Of a stretch of 28,476 nt of DNA, positions 9,641 through 19,104 are shown one piece after another (within the stretch, counting starts at the first letter, position 1; the number at the start of each line of letters is the position of its first letter). Below the pieces are notes generated by a model. That model saw nothing but the letters and a program-made list of their open reading frames with translations, was not told the origin of the DNA and ran no database searches. The position numbers and the translations under genes are program-made. This stretch comes from an uncultured Bacilli bacterium (GTDB taxonomy: Bacteria > Bacillota_I > Bacilli_A > RF39 > UBA660): contig CANQQV010000018.1 in assembly GCA_947626095.1 (NCBI GenBank), positions 1-28,476 of the forward strand. Reading direction: 5' to 3'.

Positions 9641-9856
9641 TTGGAAAGACTCACTGGTCCTCTACAAAGACAAGAATTTTATAACATGGGTAGAGAATTC
9701 GCTTACGAAGGCTTAGAAAAAGAATACTTTAAATCATCTACTCCTGAAGAATTAGAAGCATTTGAAGCCGGCTATAACGCTGCTTTAGTTACTATAAGTG
9801 AACAACAAGAAAAAAAGGAACAACAAGAGCAAACTGGACCTAAGATGGGAAAATAA
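9641..9856 (+). CDS. Small acidic hypothetical protein (possible Rmf/CrpP-like helical hairpin)
   Basis: Own extended -10 (9615-9623), AGGTGA RBS (9630-9635), in-frame TTG at 9641 and own terminator; the ORF track starts at 9626. Confidence 0.75.
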   Translation: MERLTGPLQRQEFYNMGREFAYEGLEKEYFKSSTPEELEAFEAGYNAALVTISEQQEKKEQQEQTGPKMGK

Positions 9857-9883
9857 ACTTAAAACAAGTAAGTTTATTTTTTT
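9850..9883 (+). terminator. Terminator of the plus-strand gene
   Basis: AAAATAAACTTA/TAAGTTTATTTT inverted repeat (9850-9880) running into a T-tract; AT-rich stem. Confidence 0.6.
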
Positions 9884-9888
9884 GTCAC

Positions 9889-9918
9889 AAAAAAGATATT
9901 AGCTTTTAACTAATATCT
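9889..9918 (-). terminator. Terminator of the helicase gene
   Basis: AGATATTAG-N7-CTAATATCT (9894-9918) plus A-tract. Confidence 0.65.
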
Positions 9919-9966
9919 AACTTCTGAATTATTTTATAAATAATATTTACACCTTACCGAGTAATA

Positions 9967-11604
9967 TCAATCATTTATTGTTTTAACATCTTTTTTATCC
10001 TTTATTATTTCTTTGACAAATACTGATTGATTTTTTGTAGGACTTATAATATATGTAATTGTTTTTGTTCTCGTTAAAGCTACATAAAATAATCTTCTTT
10101 CTTCTTCATACTTATAATAATCTTTCTGTTTATTAACATATTTTAATAATTTCTCTTGTTTAATTTTCGTCGGCATTCCTATTAACGAATCTTCAATATT
10201 AATAAGTATCACTACTTCACTTTCTAATCCCTTCGATTTATGCATCGTTAAATATCTAAATTTAATATTTTTATACGTATACATATCATTATCATTCTTA
10301 AATTCTTTATCTATATATTTATTAATATCTTTATTATTTCTTCCTAATACCATTATCTCTTCTACTTTATTACTATTAATTAATTCTAATAACTCTTTTA
10401 ATGCTTTAACTCTATTATCACTAAATAATATCTTAACAGGATATTCTAAATGTTTATGTGATACTAAGTTCTTTTTCTGTTGTGCTTTATTCTTCATAAT
10501 AAACTTTCCTGCTACGTTAATTAGTTCTTGGGGATTACGATAAGTATTAACTATTTGAAATATTTTGGCATAAGGAAGTAACTTCGTAAAATTTAAAAAT
10601 AAATGTAACGTACACCCTGTAAAACGATATATCGATTGAAAGTCATCTCCTACTGCCAAAAATTTAGCATTAGTTAAACGAATAATCTCTTTTATTAAAT
10701 TAAACTTTGTCATTGAAGTATCTTGATACTCATCAACTATTACATACTTCCACTTCGTTTTTAATCCATTTTCTTTTAAACACTCTAAACTTTTATTAAT
10801 CATATCATTAAAGTCTATCGCTTGTTCTTTACTTAATTCATCTTCATACAATAAATAAATATTTATAATAAATAACAATATATTTTTATTTACTCTATAT
10901 TCCTTATAATTAATTGTAAATCTTATCTTTTTAAGTATTTCTTTAAAATAACTAAGATCATAGTTATTAGCTTTAAATAACGATATAAAAGTCTGGATTA
11001 ATCTCTTTAAGTTATTTAACTCTTTATCTTTATAATCCTTACCTAGTATTATCTTCAAACTATTCATATATTTTTTATTATTGGGCATAATACTATCAAA
11101 GAACTTATTAATAGTTTCTTCTAAAAAATTATCAGGAGCGATTATAAATGACTTATTGTTTTGTTTTAATATTTCTAATGCTAGTTTATGAAATGTGTAT
11201 ATATCTATCTTAAAATTATAATTCTTCGCAATATTATTTTTTAAATTAATTGTTGCATCATTTGTAAATGATATACATAAAATATCTTTCGGATCTATAT
11301 GACAACAATTAACTAAATAAACTATCTTCCCAATTATTGTTAAGCTTTTCCCACTCCCTGCTCCCGCTACAACTAATGTTGCCTTTTCATTACTTAAAAC
11401 AACTTTACTTTGGTAATCATCTAGTGGATACCCATTAATATTATCCAGTAATGTTACTTCTTTTCTTTTTCTTATAAAATATTCTTGATTGTGCATATCT
11501 ACTACTTTATCAATATCTTTTATTTTATATTTCTTTCTTAATATCTCCTTTTCTTCTAAATTAATATATTCTTTTTGTTTTATTTCCTCATTAATATAAA
11601 TCAC
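9967..11604 (-). CDS. UvrD/Rep-family SF1 DNA helicase (helicase IV-like)
   Basis: AGAGSGKS (Walker A), SFTN, TFH, DEYQD, GDDFQSIYRF, TYRNP, TMHKSKGLE and EERRLFYVALTR motifs. Confidence 0.9.
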   Translation of the reverse strand: MIYINEEIKQKEYINLEEKEILRKKYKIKDIDKVVDMHNQEYFIRKRKEVTLLDNINGYPLDDYQSKVVLSNEKATLVVAGAGSGKSLTIIGKIVYLVNCCHIDPKDILCISFTNDATINLKNNIAKNYNFKIDIYTFHKLALEILKQNNKSFIIAPDNFLEETINKFFDSIMPNNKKYMNSLKIILGKDYKDKELNNLKRLIQTFISLFKANNYDLSYFKEILKKIRFTINYKEYRVNKNILLFIINIYLLYEDELSKEQAIDFNDMINKSLECLKENGLKTKWKYVIVDEYQDTSMTKFNLIKEIIRLTNAKFLAVGDDFQSIYRFTGCTLHLFLNFTKLLPYAKIFQIVNTYRNPQELINVAGKFIMKNKAQQKKNLVSHKHLEYPVKILFSDNRVKALKELLELINSNKVEEIMVLGRNNKDINKYIDKEFKNDNDMYTYKNIKFRYLTMHKSKGLESEVVILINIEDSLIGMPTKIKQEKLLKYVNKQKDYYKYEEERRLFYVALTRTKTITYIISPTKNQSVFVKEIIKDKKDVKTIND

Positions 11605-11654
11605 CCTCTATTATATTTATTATTGATAGATTCGTGATTTCCTTTTTTTATCAC

Positions 11655-11682
11655 AAAAAAAACTTCAGTATAAACTGAAGTT
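11655..11682 (-). terminator. Intrinsic terminator
   Basis: AACTTCAGT-ATAA-ACTGAAGTT (11661-11682) plus A-tract. Confidence 0.8.
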
Positions 11683-12109
11683 AATTCTCTTGATCTTTAA
11701 AGATTGAGTCACTAATTATCTTATAATACTCTTTCTTTTCCTTTGACATCATAGCTCTTTCTCTTAAACTGCCATCTATTCCTAAATCACTCATTAAAGA
11801 TATTTTATCTTGACGACCTAATAAACTTAAGAACTTATCTACTTCTCCTTTTTCATAAGCAGCCAAAAATTTTTCTTTTCTTTCTTCATTTAAAATCTTA
11901 TTCGCATTATTAATTCTAATTGCTATTTCATCATAATCATTTTCTAAAGCTAATAAGTAAAGGCCTATTCTAACTGATTCATTTAATAATGCTAATTCCT
12001 TACATATTTGTTCAACATCATAATTCATATAAACAATTTCTTTTAAAGTTTCGTTCATAATCGTAATTATTTCTTTTTTATATAGTTTACTAGTAATCGT
12101 CTTCGCCAT
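11681..12109 (-). CDS. Hypothetical helical protein
   Basis: Monocistronic with TG-A-TATAAT (12134-12142), GAGGGA RBS before ATG 12109 (track start 12121) and its own terminator. Confidence 0.75.
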   Translation of the reverse strand: MAKTITSKLYKKEIITIMNETLKEIVYMNYDVEQICKELALLNESVRIGLYLLALENDYDEIAIRINNANKILNEERKEKFLAAYEKGEVDKFLSLLGRQDKISLMSDLGIDGSLRERAMMSKEKKEYYKIISDSIFKDQEN

Positions 12110-12156
12110 AGTATCCCTCATATTCTACTTTTTATTATATCATATTTTATTTATCT

Positions 12157-12182
12157 AAAAAAGACAGTTTAAGCTGTCTTTT
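12157..12182 (-). terminator. Terminator overlapping the ABC gene stop
   Basis: AAAAGACAG-TTTAAG-CTGTCTTTT (12159-12182). Confidence 0.75.
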
Positions 12183-14274
12183 CAAATTGACTATTATATA
12201 GTTTCTCATAGAAACCACCTTGAGCCATTAATTCATCATGTGTACCTTGTTCAATGATATTACCTTCATTCATAACTAAGATTAAATCAGCATTCTTAAT
12301 TGTTGATAAACGATGCGCAATAATAAATGAAGTTCTGCCCTCTGTAAGTTTATCCATTGCTTTTTGCACCAATTCTTCTGTACGTGTATCTACATTACTC
12401 GTAGCTTCATCTAAGATTAAGAATGGCGCATCTTCTATCATACCACGAGCAATCGTCAGTAATTGTTTTTGTCCTTGACTAACTGAAGTATCATCAGTAA
12501 TAACTGAATCTAAACCACCTGATAAAGTTTTAATAAAATGATCAATACCTACTGTTCTACAAGCTTTCCAGATATCTTCATCTGTCACATCTTTTTTATT
12601 AAATTTAATATTGTCACGAATTGTTCCATCAAATAACCATGTATCTTGTAATACCATAACAAATAAATCATGAATATTTTCTCTCGTTAAATTCTTCGTT
12701 GAAACGCCATCAATTAAGATATCCCCATCATTAATATCATAGAATTTCATTAAAAGATTAACCATTGTTGTTTTACCGGCTCCAGTAGGTCCTACTATCG
12801 CTATTTTTTGACCTGGTTTAGCTAATGCACTAAAGTTTTTAATTATTGTACGTCCCGCATCATAACCAAATCTAACGTTTTTAAATTCAATTTCCCCTTT
12901 TACTTTTGATTTATCTAAGTGTTGAATCTTTTCATTTTCTAAAGGCATTTCTTTTTCATCTAAGAATTCAAATACTCTTTCAGAAGCTGCTGCTGTAGAT
13001 TGTAATGTTGTCATTGCTTGAGCAATTTGCGATAATGGATTAGTAAATAATCTAACATAAATCATAAATGCGACAATAACCCCAAATGAGATAACATCAT
13101 TCATTGTAAGTAATGCTCCTACTACACAAACTGCTACATAACTTAAATTACCGACAAAGCCCATTATAGGTTGCATAACTCCTGATAAGAATTGACTCTT
13201 ACGATTACAATCATATAATTTATTATTTAATTTTTTAAATTCGGTAACAGCTTCTTTATCCCCATTATAAGCTTTAACGACATTATGACCAGAATATATT
13301 TCTTCAATATAACCATTTAAATTACCTAATTCAACTTGTCTTTGATTAAAGTATTTTTGTGACTTACCTAAGATTAAGAACATTAAAGCAAAACCAATAA
13401 GACTTGCTAAAATAGCCGTTATAGCCATTGTCCAATTAGTCACAAACATCATAATTATTGAACCAACAAACAAAGTAATACTAGCTACTAACATCGCTAA
13501 ACTTTGATTCATATTCATTCCAATCATATCAACATCATTAGTAACACGTGATAAGACATCACCAGCTTCATGTTGATCAAAATACTTTAATGGTAATTTA
13601 TTAATCTTGGTACTAATACTACTTCTTAATTTTTTCGCAAAATTATTTGATATTGTTGCCATTGAATAATGTTGTATGTAACTAAATATTGCACTAATAA
13701 TATAGAAAGAAGCTAAAACAATCGCAATACGATATACTTCATCCATATTCATTTTTGGTTTAACTAAGTCATAAATTGAACTTGGTAATTCATCCATTTT
13801 AGCTAATAATTCTTCACTAGTTGATTCTGGATCAACACTACTCATTAGTTCTAAGAACTTAATTTGATCATCTTTATTAATTGTTACATCATCTACTTTA
13901 ATATCAGCTAATGAGTTTAAAATACCACTACTTATTAAAGCCTTTATATCTGGTGTTGCTTGGGTATTTTGCATTTCACTACTATCAGTAACACTATACT
14001 GAGCTAATACACTTTGAACATTACTACTAATCGCTGTACTTACTTCTTCTAACTTTTCTGTATTAGGTACTAGACCTTCCCCAATTGTATCAGCAAAATC
14101 TGATAATTTATTAGGAGCTATTATCGCTAGAATAGCACTAGCCATTGCTAAGATTAAAGCAACAATTAATAAATAACGCCAATTATTTAAACTTAAGAAT
14201 AATCTTTTCATCGTGCCAAAGAAATCTTTTGATTTCTCATTAACACGATTCATTGGTCCACGTGGTCTAGGCAT
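12169..14274 (-). CDS. Heterodimeric ABC exporter subunit B (TMD-NBD, TM288-like)
   Basis: Six-TM domain; GPTGAGKT; degenerate signature VSQGQ; canonical LDEAT and AHR; 8-nt overlap with the partner gene. Confidence 0.92.
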   Translation of the reverse strand: MPRPRGPMNRVNEKSKDFFGTMKRLFLSLNNWRYLLIVALILAMASAILAIIAPNKLSDFADTIGEGLVPNTEKLEEVSTAISSNVQSVLAQYSVTDSSEMQNTQATPDIKALISSGILNSLADIKVDDVTINKDDQIKFLELMSSVDPESTSEELLAKMDELPSSIYDLVKPKMNMDEVYRIAIVLASFYIISAIFSYIQHYSMATISNNFAKKLRSSISTKINKLPLKYFDQHEAGDVLSRVTNDVDMIGMNMNQSLAMLVASITLFVGSIIMMFVTNWTMAITAILASLIGFALMFLILGKSQKYFNQRQVELGNLNGYIEEIYSGHNVVKAYNGDKEAVTEFKKLNNKLYDCNRKSQFLSGVMQPIMGFVGNLSYVAVCVVGALLTMNDVISFGVIVAFMIYVRLFTNPLSQIAQAMTTLQSTAAASERVFEFLDEKEMPLENEKIQHLDKSKVKGEIEFKNVRFGYDAGRTIIKNFSALAKPGQKIAIVGPTGAGKTTMVNLLMKFYDINDGDILIDGVSTKNLTRENIHDLFVMVLQDTWLFDGTIRDNIKFNKKDVTDEDIWKACRTVGIDHFIKTLSGGLDSVITDDTSVSQGQKQLLTIARGMIEDAPFLILDEATSNVDTRTEELVQKAMDKLTEGRTSFIIAHRLSTIKNADLILVMNEGNIIEQGTHDELMAQGGFYEKLYNSQFEKTA

Positions 14275-16027
14275 TGTCTAACTCCTCCTTTGAAAGTTGT
14301 GATAAAGCTATTTCTTTATACACTTCACAATTTTTTAGTAATTCTTTATGGGTACCAATGCCAACACATTCTCCTTTATCTAAAACGATTATCTTATCAG
14401 CATTCATAATCGTACCTATTCTCTGTGCCACAATTAAACTAGTAGCATCTTTTGTATATTTCTTTAATTCTTTTCTTAAAACTGCATCAGTCTTATAATC
14501 TAAAGCTGAGAATGAATCATCAAATATATATATTTCTGGATCACGGGCTATCGCTCTCGCAATCGCTAGTCTTTGTTTTTGACCACCAGAAACATTAGTA
14601 CCTCCACGCGCAATATGTGATTCATACTTATCTTCCATCTTCATCACAAATTCAGTCCCTTGTGCTACATCAATCGCTTTTTTAATTTTATCTAAAGATG
14701 GTTTTTTACGTCCATTATCACCATATCCAACATTATCAGCTACCGTTCCTGTAAACATAACTGCTCTTTGTGGTACATAACCAATCTTATTATGTAATAC
14801 CTCTTGTTTATATTCTTTAACATTTATACCATCTACTAATACTTCGCCATCAGTAGCATCATAAAATCTTGGTACTAAATTAATTAAGGTTGATTTACCA
14901 CTACCAGTTGATCCGATAAAAGCAATTGTTTCCCCTTTATTAGCTTTAAATGAAATATCTTTAAGTAAGTATTCATCAGCATCTGGATATTTAAATGATA
15001 CATTTCTAAATTCAACTGTACCTTTTTCTTTAGTCTCCTCATCAAACTTACCATCTGTAATATCAATTGGTTCTTCTAATACTTCATTAATACGATTAGC
15101 TGATACTTGAGCTCTAGGTACCATCATAAAGATCATCGCAAGCATTAAAAATGACATAATAACTTGCATTCCATAACTAGAAAATACTACCATATTACTA
15201 AATAAATTAACTTTTTCAACCATTCCCGCTTTAACAATCATTAAAGCTCCAATAAAGTATATACCTAAAGTTAAGAAATGCATAACAAAGTTCATCATTG
15301 GGTTCATAATGGCAAAACATCTTTGATTAAATAATTGGGTATTAGTTAAATCACTATTAACTTCTTCAAATCTCTTAGTTTGGAATTCTTCAGCGTTAAA
15401 CGCTCTTATAACCCTAATACCTGTTAAATTTTCTCTTGTTACCCCATTAACACGATCGATTAATTTTTGCACTTTAGCAAAACGTGGTAAAACAATTATC
15501 ATTAACGCAATAACTGTTGATAATAAAATAACTACTCCAGCTGCTGTTAACATACTCCACTCTATACTCTTATCAATTATCTTCATAACCGCCCATACGG
15601 CCATAATAGGTGCTTTAATCATCATTTGTAAACCCATACTAATTAACATTTCAATCTGCGTAACATCATTAGTTGTTCTTGTAATTAAACTACTAGTTGA
15701 AAACTTCTTAATCTCTGCCATACCAAAGTCTTCAACTTTATTAAATATTTTATTACGTAGTGTTCTTGAAAAACTAGCGGATAGTTTAGAAGCTAAATAA
15801 CCAACACCAATCGCTGATGCTAAACTACCTAAAGCACAAAGTAACATATAACTACCTTGTTCTAATATCTCACTCATTTTACTACCATCAGTTTGAATAA
15901 GTCTTGTTATCGCACTCATATAATCTGGTAGTTTTAATTCAATCCATACTTGGAAAACAATCATAACTAAACAAATAAAAATAATTAAAATATCTTTTTT
16001 ATTAAAATTCTTAAATAACTTTATCAT
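14267..16027 (-). CDS. Heterodimeric ABC exporter subunit A (TMD-NBD, TM287-like)
   Basis: GSTGSGKS; VSGGQKQR; degenerate Walker B FDDSF and switch AQR. Confidence 0.92.
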   Translation of the reverse strand: MIKLFKNFNKKDILIIFICLVMIVFQVWIELKLPDYMSAITRLIQTDGSKMSEILEQGSYMLLCALGSLASAIGVGYLASKLSASFSRTLRNKIFNKVEDFGMAEIKKFSTSSLITRTTNDVTQIEMLISMGLQMMIKAPIMAVWAVMKIIDKSIEWSMLTAAGVVILLSTVIALMIIVLPRFAKVQKLIDRVNGVTRENLTGIRVIRAFNAEEFQTKRFEEVNSDLTNTQLFNQRCFAIMNPMMNFVMHFLTLGIYFIGALMIVKAGMVEKVNLFSNMVVFSSYGMQVIMSFLMLAMIFMMVPRAQVSANRINEVLEEPIDITDGKFDEETKEKGTVEFRNVSFKYPDADEYLLKDISFKANKGETIAFIGSTGSGKSTLINLVPRFYDATDGEVLVDGINVKEYKQEVLHNKIGYVPQRAVMFTGTVADNVGYGDNGRKKPSLDKIKKAIDVAQGTEFVMKMEDKYESHIARGGTNVSGGQKQRLAIARAIARDPEIYIFDDSFSALDYKTDAVLRKELKKYTKDATSLIVAQRIGTIMNADKIIVLDKGECVGIGTHKELLKNCEVYKEIALSQLSKEELDNA

Positions 16028-16028
16028 C

Positions 16029-16469
16029 TTAAATCCTTTCTAAGTTTTTTGTAATCTTATTACAAACATCACTAAATATAATATATTCATCTTGTCTAAT
16101 ATTTTCACCTAATAATTTATTAATCTCTATCATATCATCTTTTAATTTAGTAGCTATTTCAATAGAATAATCAGTTAAAACTATTACTTTACGTCTTGAA
16201 TCAGTACTTGAATCCTCTCTTCTTATCAGTTTATTTTTCTCCATATTATTTAAAATAGTCGATAAGGTTGATTTCTTACAAGCTATCATCTGTTCAATAT
16301 CTTTTTGACATATTTCTTCTTGATGATCATAAATAAACATAATAATTCGTCCCTGTACTGGTGTAACTCCTAAATTTAACTTTTTATAACGAGCTCCTAA
16401 AGCCCTTAATAAATTAAGATTTAATGTTTTTATTTTTAACGTTAATAAATTATCCTGCAATACAATCAC
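16029..16469 (-). CDS. MarR family transcriptional regulator
   Basis: GVTPVQGRII, QKDIEQ..KSTLSTILNNMEKNKLIRR, DSRRKVIVLT wHTH pattern; ends 1 nt upstream of the ABC start. Confidence 0.9.
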   Translation of the reverse strand: MIVLQDNLLTLKIKTLNLNLLRALGARYKKLNLGVTPVQGRIIMFIYDHQEEICQKDIEQMIACKKSTLSTILNNMEKNKLIRREDSSTDSRRKVIVLTDYSIEIATKLKDDMIEINKLLGENIRQDEYIIFSDVCNKITKNLERI

Positions 16470-16473
16470 CTCT

Positions 16474-16495
16474 AATAGTTCTATTGCGAACTATT
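16474..16495. promoter_or_regulatory. Probable MarR operator palindrome
   Basis: AATAGTTC-TATTGC-GAACTATT perfect 8-bp arms, between the -10 box and the marR start. Confidence 0.75.
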
Positions 16496-16497
16496 TA

Positions 16498-16526
16498 ATT
16501 ATAGTACTCTTATATTACATATGCAA
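16498..16526 (-). promoter_or_regulatory. Sigma-A promoter of the marR-ABC operon
   Basis: TTGCAT (16521-16526) - 17 nt - TATAAT (16498-16503). Confidence 0.7.
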
Positions 16527-16529
16527 TAG

Positions 16530-16553
16530 AAAAAGAGTAAATTATTTACTCTT
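16530..16553 (-). terminator. Intrinsic terminator after S66 paralog 2
   Basis: AAGAGTAAA-TTA-TTTACTCTT (16533-16553) plus A-tract. Confidence 0.7.
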
Positions 16554-16563
16554 CACAAAACTT

Positions 16564-17535
16564 TCATTTTAGGTATTCTAAACTACCTTCTTCTTTATTA
16601 CTTATAACTCTTACTTTAAACCCATTTATCATGGTAAATGAAGGCTTTACATGCCCAACGTCAAAATTATATATAACTTTAATATCCGGCATCGCCTTAC
16701 TAATTAATTCTTCATAACTCATATCAACAAAGGTATTTGGAAAACACACTTTACCAATTAAAATCGCTTTCGTCTTTTTAAACCATCCCGCATTTTTAAA
16801 TTGTAATAAAGTATTATAAACTCCTTCACTACTCATATTAAAAATATCAAAATACCATATAATACCTTCATTACCATATTTATCTATAAAATCTTTAGTT
16901 TTATCAAACTTAGTTCCAATTATATCTTTTAGTACTTCGATACAACCACCTATTAAAACACCCCTTTCATCTACATCACCATTTATATTTAACCAAGTAT
17001 TTTCTTTTGTAAGTTCATCACTAAAATGTTCATCTTCCGTATAAGGATATTTATTTTGTTTAACTAAATCACCTTTTAATATTTTAAAATAGTTTAAATA
17101 TGATTCATGTAAAGGTGTTATATTAAAACCTGACATATTACAAGGTGAATAAATCGTAGCTATATCATAATTAGTCGTCATTATATAAAGTAAACTAGTT
17201 GGATCACTACTGCCAGCTAACCACTTAGGATGACTCTTTAAGATATTAAAATCTACTTTATCTAACATATCATATAAAAAATCTCCCCCACTAGCAATAG
17301 CTACCATATCTACTTCATCATCTAAAAATAGACTTTCTAGTTCTCTAGCTCTAGTTAACGCCTCACTACTTACTACACCACTAGTTCTTACATTATTTGT
17401 TTCTTTTATTCTAAACTTATTATTTTTAACATTATTAATACTCACTTCATACTTTTCTATTTTATCTAAAACTCCCGCACTACAAGCCGTAATTCCTATA
17501 ACATCATTATCTTTTAAATACTTAGGAATAATCAT
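16564..17535 (-). CDS. S66 family peptidase (LD-carboxypeptidase/MccF family), paralog 2
   Basis: PKYL..DVIGITACS, SGGD, GSSD (nucleophile Ser), IGGC and DVGH motifs; start at ATG 17535 after GAAGGTGA (track 17595). Confidence 0.88.
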   Translation of the reverse strand: MIIPKYLKDNDVIGITACSAGVLDKIEKYEVSINNVKNNKFRIKETNNVRTSGVVSSEALTRARELESLFLDDEVDMVAIASGGDFLYDMLDKVDFNILKSHPKWLAGSSDPTSLLYIMTTNYDIATIYSPCNMSGFNITPLHESYLNYFKILKGDLVKQNKYPYTEDEHFSDELTKENTWLNINGDVDERGVLIGGCIEVLKDIIGTKFDKTKDFIDKYGNEGIIWYFDIFNMSSEGVYNTLLQFKNAGWFKKTKAILIGKVCFPNTFVDMSYEELISKAMPDIKVIYNFDVGHVKPSFTMINGFKVRVISNKEEGSLEYLK

Positions 17536-17572
17536 TATATCACCTTCATCTTTAACCCAAAAAGTACAATCC

Positions 17573-17914
17573 TTATTGTACTTTATACCTGTCATTTACA
17601 TCATCATTATCAGTATATTCTGAAGCCTTAACATACTTAGGAATAGGTATTCCCTTTCTTGTAAATAGATTTATCCCATAGAAAAGTACAATCACTAAAT
17701 CTGTAAAAAAGATTAATAAAAACATAAAATTAATTCTAAATGATCTAATTAAAAATAACATAATAAAAGCACTAAAGATAAATCCCCCAATACATTTCCC
17801 TTTAGCTGGTTTTTGATAAATTCTTTTATAAGCATTATACTTACTCTTTTCATTAGCTACCGCATAACCTTCCAAAAACTTATCAATTATATTCTTATCT
17901 TTCTTATCCTTCAT
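17573..17914 (-). CDS. Hypothetical two-TM membrane protein
   Basis: Hydrophobic hairpin; ATG 17914 preceded by GGTGGT (track start 17941). Confidence 0.65.
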   Translation of the reverse strand: MKDKKDKNIIDKFLEGYAVANEKSKYNAYKRIYQKPAKGKCIGGFIFSAFIMLFLIRSFRINFMFLLIFFTDLVIVLFYGINLFTRKGIPIPKYVKASEYTDNDDVNDRYKVQ

Positions 17915-17962
17915 AAGAACCACCACACAAATATCATACAATAAAAAAAGATAAAAAACAAT

Positions 17963-18373
17963 TTATCTTCTCTTCGTAAAATACTTAATTAAAATCGTAT
18001 TTATCACACTTTGTAATATAATCGTTAAACCAAATAGTAAAGCTCCTATTATTTCATCAAATACTAAACATATAACAAGCATAAATATCATAATATATGT
18101 CATAAAAATAATTGTTAAAACATCAGCTTTACCTTCAATTATTAAATTCAAATTATTCTCTTTTATTTCATTATCTCGATATAAGACAACTATTGCTATC
18201 ATAAACATAACAAAACCAATTAAAAATAAAATAGAACCTAATACTTTTAAACTATTTAAATTAAAATAAACTGATGAACCAAATAAAAGAAGTAGACCAC
18301 CTAAATAAAGAACTAAACCAATAACAAATAAAATGATCGTTAATGTTTTTGTTTTCTTCTTTTTATTAGTCAT
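17963..18373 (-). CDS. Four-TM membrane protein (possibly DUF2178/DUF6442-like)
   Basis: 136 aa; four hydrophobic segments; cytoplasmic loop N..I..KA. Confidence 0.7.
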   Translation of the reverse strand: MTNKKKKTKTLTIILFVIGLVLYLGGLLLLFGSSVYFNLNSLKVLGSILFLIGFVMFMIAIVVLYRDNEIKENNLNLIIEGKADVLTIIFMTYIMIFMLVICLVFDEIIGALLFGLTIILQSVINTILIKYFTKRR

Positions 18374-18392
18374 ACTTCTCTTCCGTTCTATC

Positions 18393-19091
18393 TTATTCTA
18401 AACTATTTTTATATACATTAATAACTGGTCTTACCAACAAATTAGTATCTTCTACTAAACTAACTAATTTATTAGTATCATATGTTGAAGTAAGTCGATA
18501 ATACTTTAAATGTAATGTATATTCATCATATAAAGGATCTTCTATTTCTTCTACGTCATTATATACATCTGTAAATTCTTTATTTTTTGTTTCTATCATT
18601 GTTGCAAACGAAGCATTAGGTAAGCACAAATATTGTGGACAGTCACTTAGATTATACTCATCATTTTCTTCGTTATAAATAACTTCTACAAAGTTATTTA
18701 TATCTTTCATATTCAATAAACGTACTTTATATCCTTCTACTTCAACAAAGTTATCGCTACCTAGATTATTAAGATAATCATTTTCTAAATATTTGTTAAG
18801 TAAACTTTCATCATATGGATCATTAAAAACATTTTCTATTCCATCATCCGCCAAATAAAGCAAATCAGCACTTAATAAAGTAACATAATCAGTTTTCTTA
18901 TCCGAATCATATAATACATACCATTCCTGATCTTTAAACGTAATTACTTCGCCAACTTTATATTCTTTATATGTTTCAGGTTTAAATATCTTTTTTATAT
19001 CCGTATCTTTATTATTAACAAACCAAATACCAAATATTAAACCTATTAATAAAACTATAACCGTCATAATTATTATGATTTTCTTCTTCAT
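18393..19091 (-). CDS. Membrane-anchored protein with DUF6273-like domain
   Basis: MKKKIII N-terminal anchor (ATG 19091 after GGGGGA; track 19124); YKVGEVITF..EWYVL..VTLLS..SLLNKYL..VRLL..VRPVI pattern. Confidence 0.65.
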   Translation of the reverse strand: MKKKIIIIMTVIVLLIGLIFGIWFVNNKDTDIKKIFKPETYKEYKVGEVITFKDQEWYVLYDSDKKTDYVTLLSADLLYLADDGIENVFNDPYDESLLNKYLENDYLNNLGSDNFVEVEGYKVRLLNMKDINNFVEVIYNEENDEYNLSDCPQYLCLPNASFATMIETKNKEFTDVYNDVEEIEDPLYDEYTLHLKYYRLTSTYDTNKLVSLVEDTNLLVRPVINVYKNSLE

Positions 19092-19104
19092 ATATCCCCC
19101 ATAA

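Noticed and set aside
9967-11604. Calling the helicase pcrA, RNAP-recycling HelD or a defence-system helicase
   Set aside because: It is too short for PcrA, lacks the HelD N-terminal region and has no adjacent nuclease or ATPase partner; left as UvrD/helicase-IV-like
11634-11654. GTGAT/ATCAC inverted repeat upstream of the helicase as an operator
   Set aside because: The arms are only 5 bp, it does not match the Bacillota LexA box (GAAC-N4-GTTC), and it is expected by chance
18393-19091. Diversity-generating retroelement target, suggested by the VRPVI C-terminus
   Set aside because: No reverse transcriptase and no template/variable repeat pair are visible in the window
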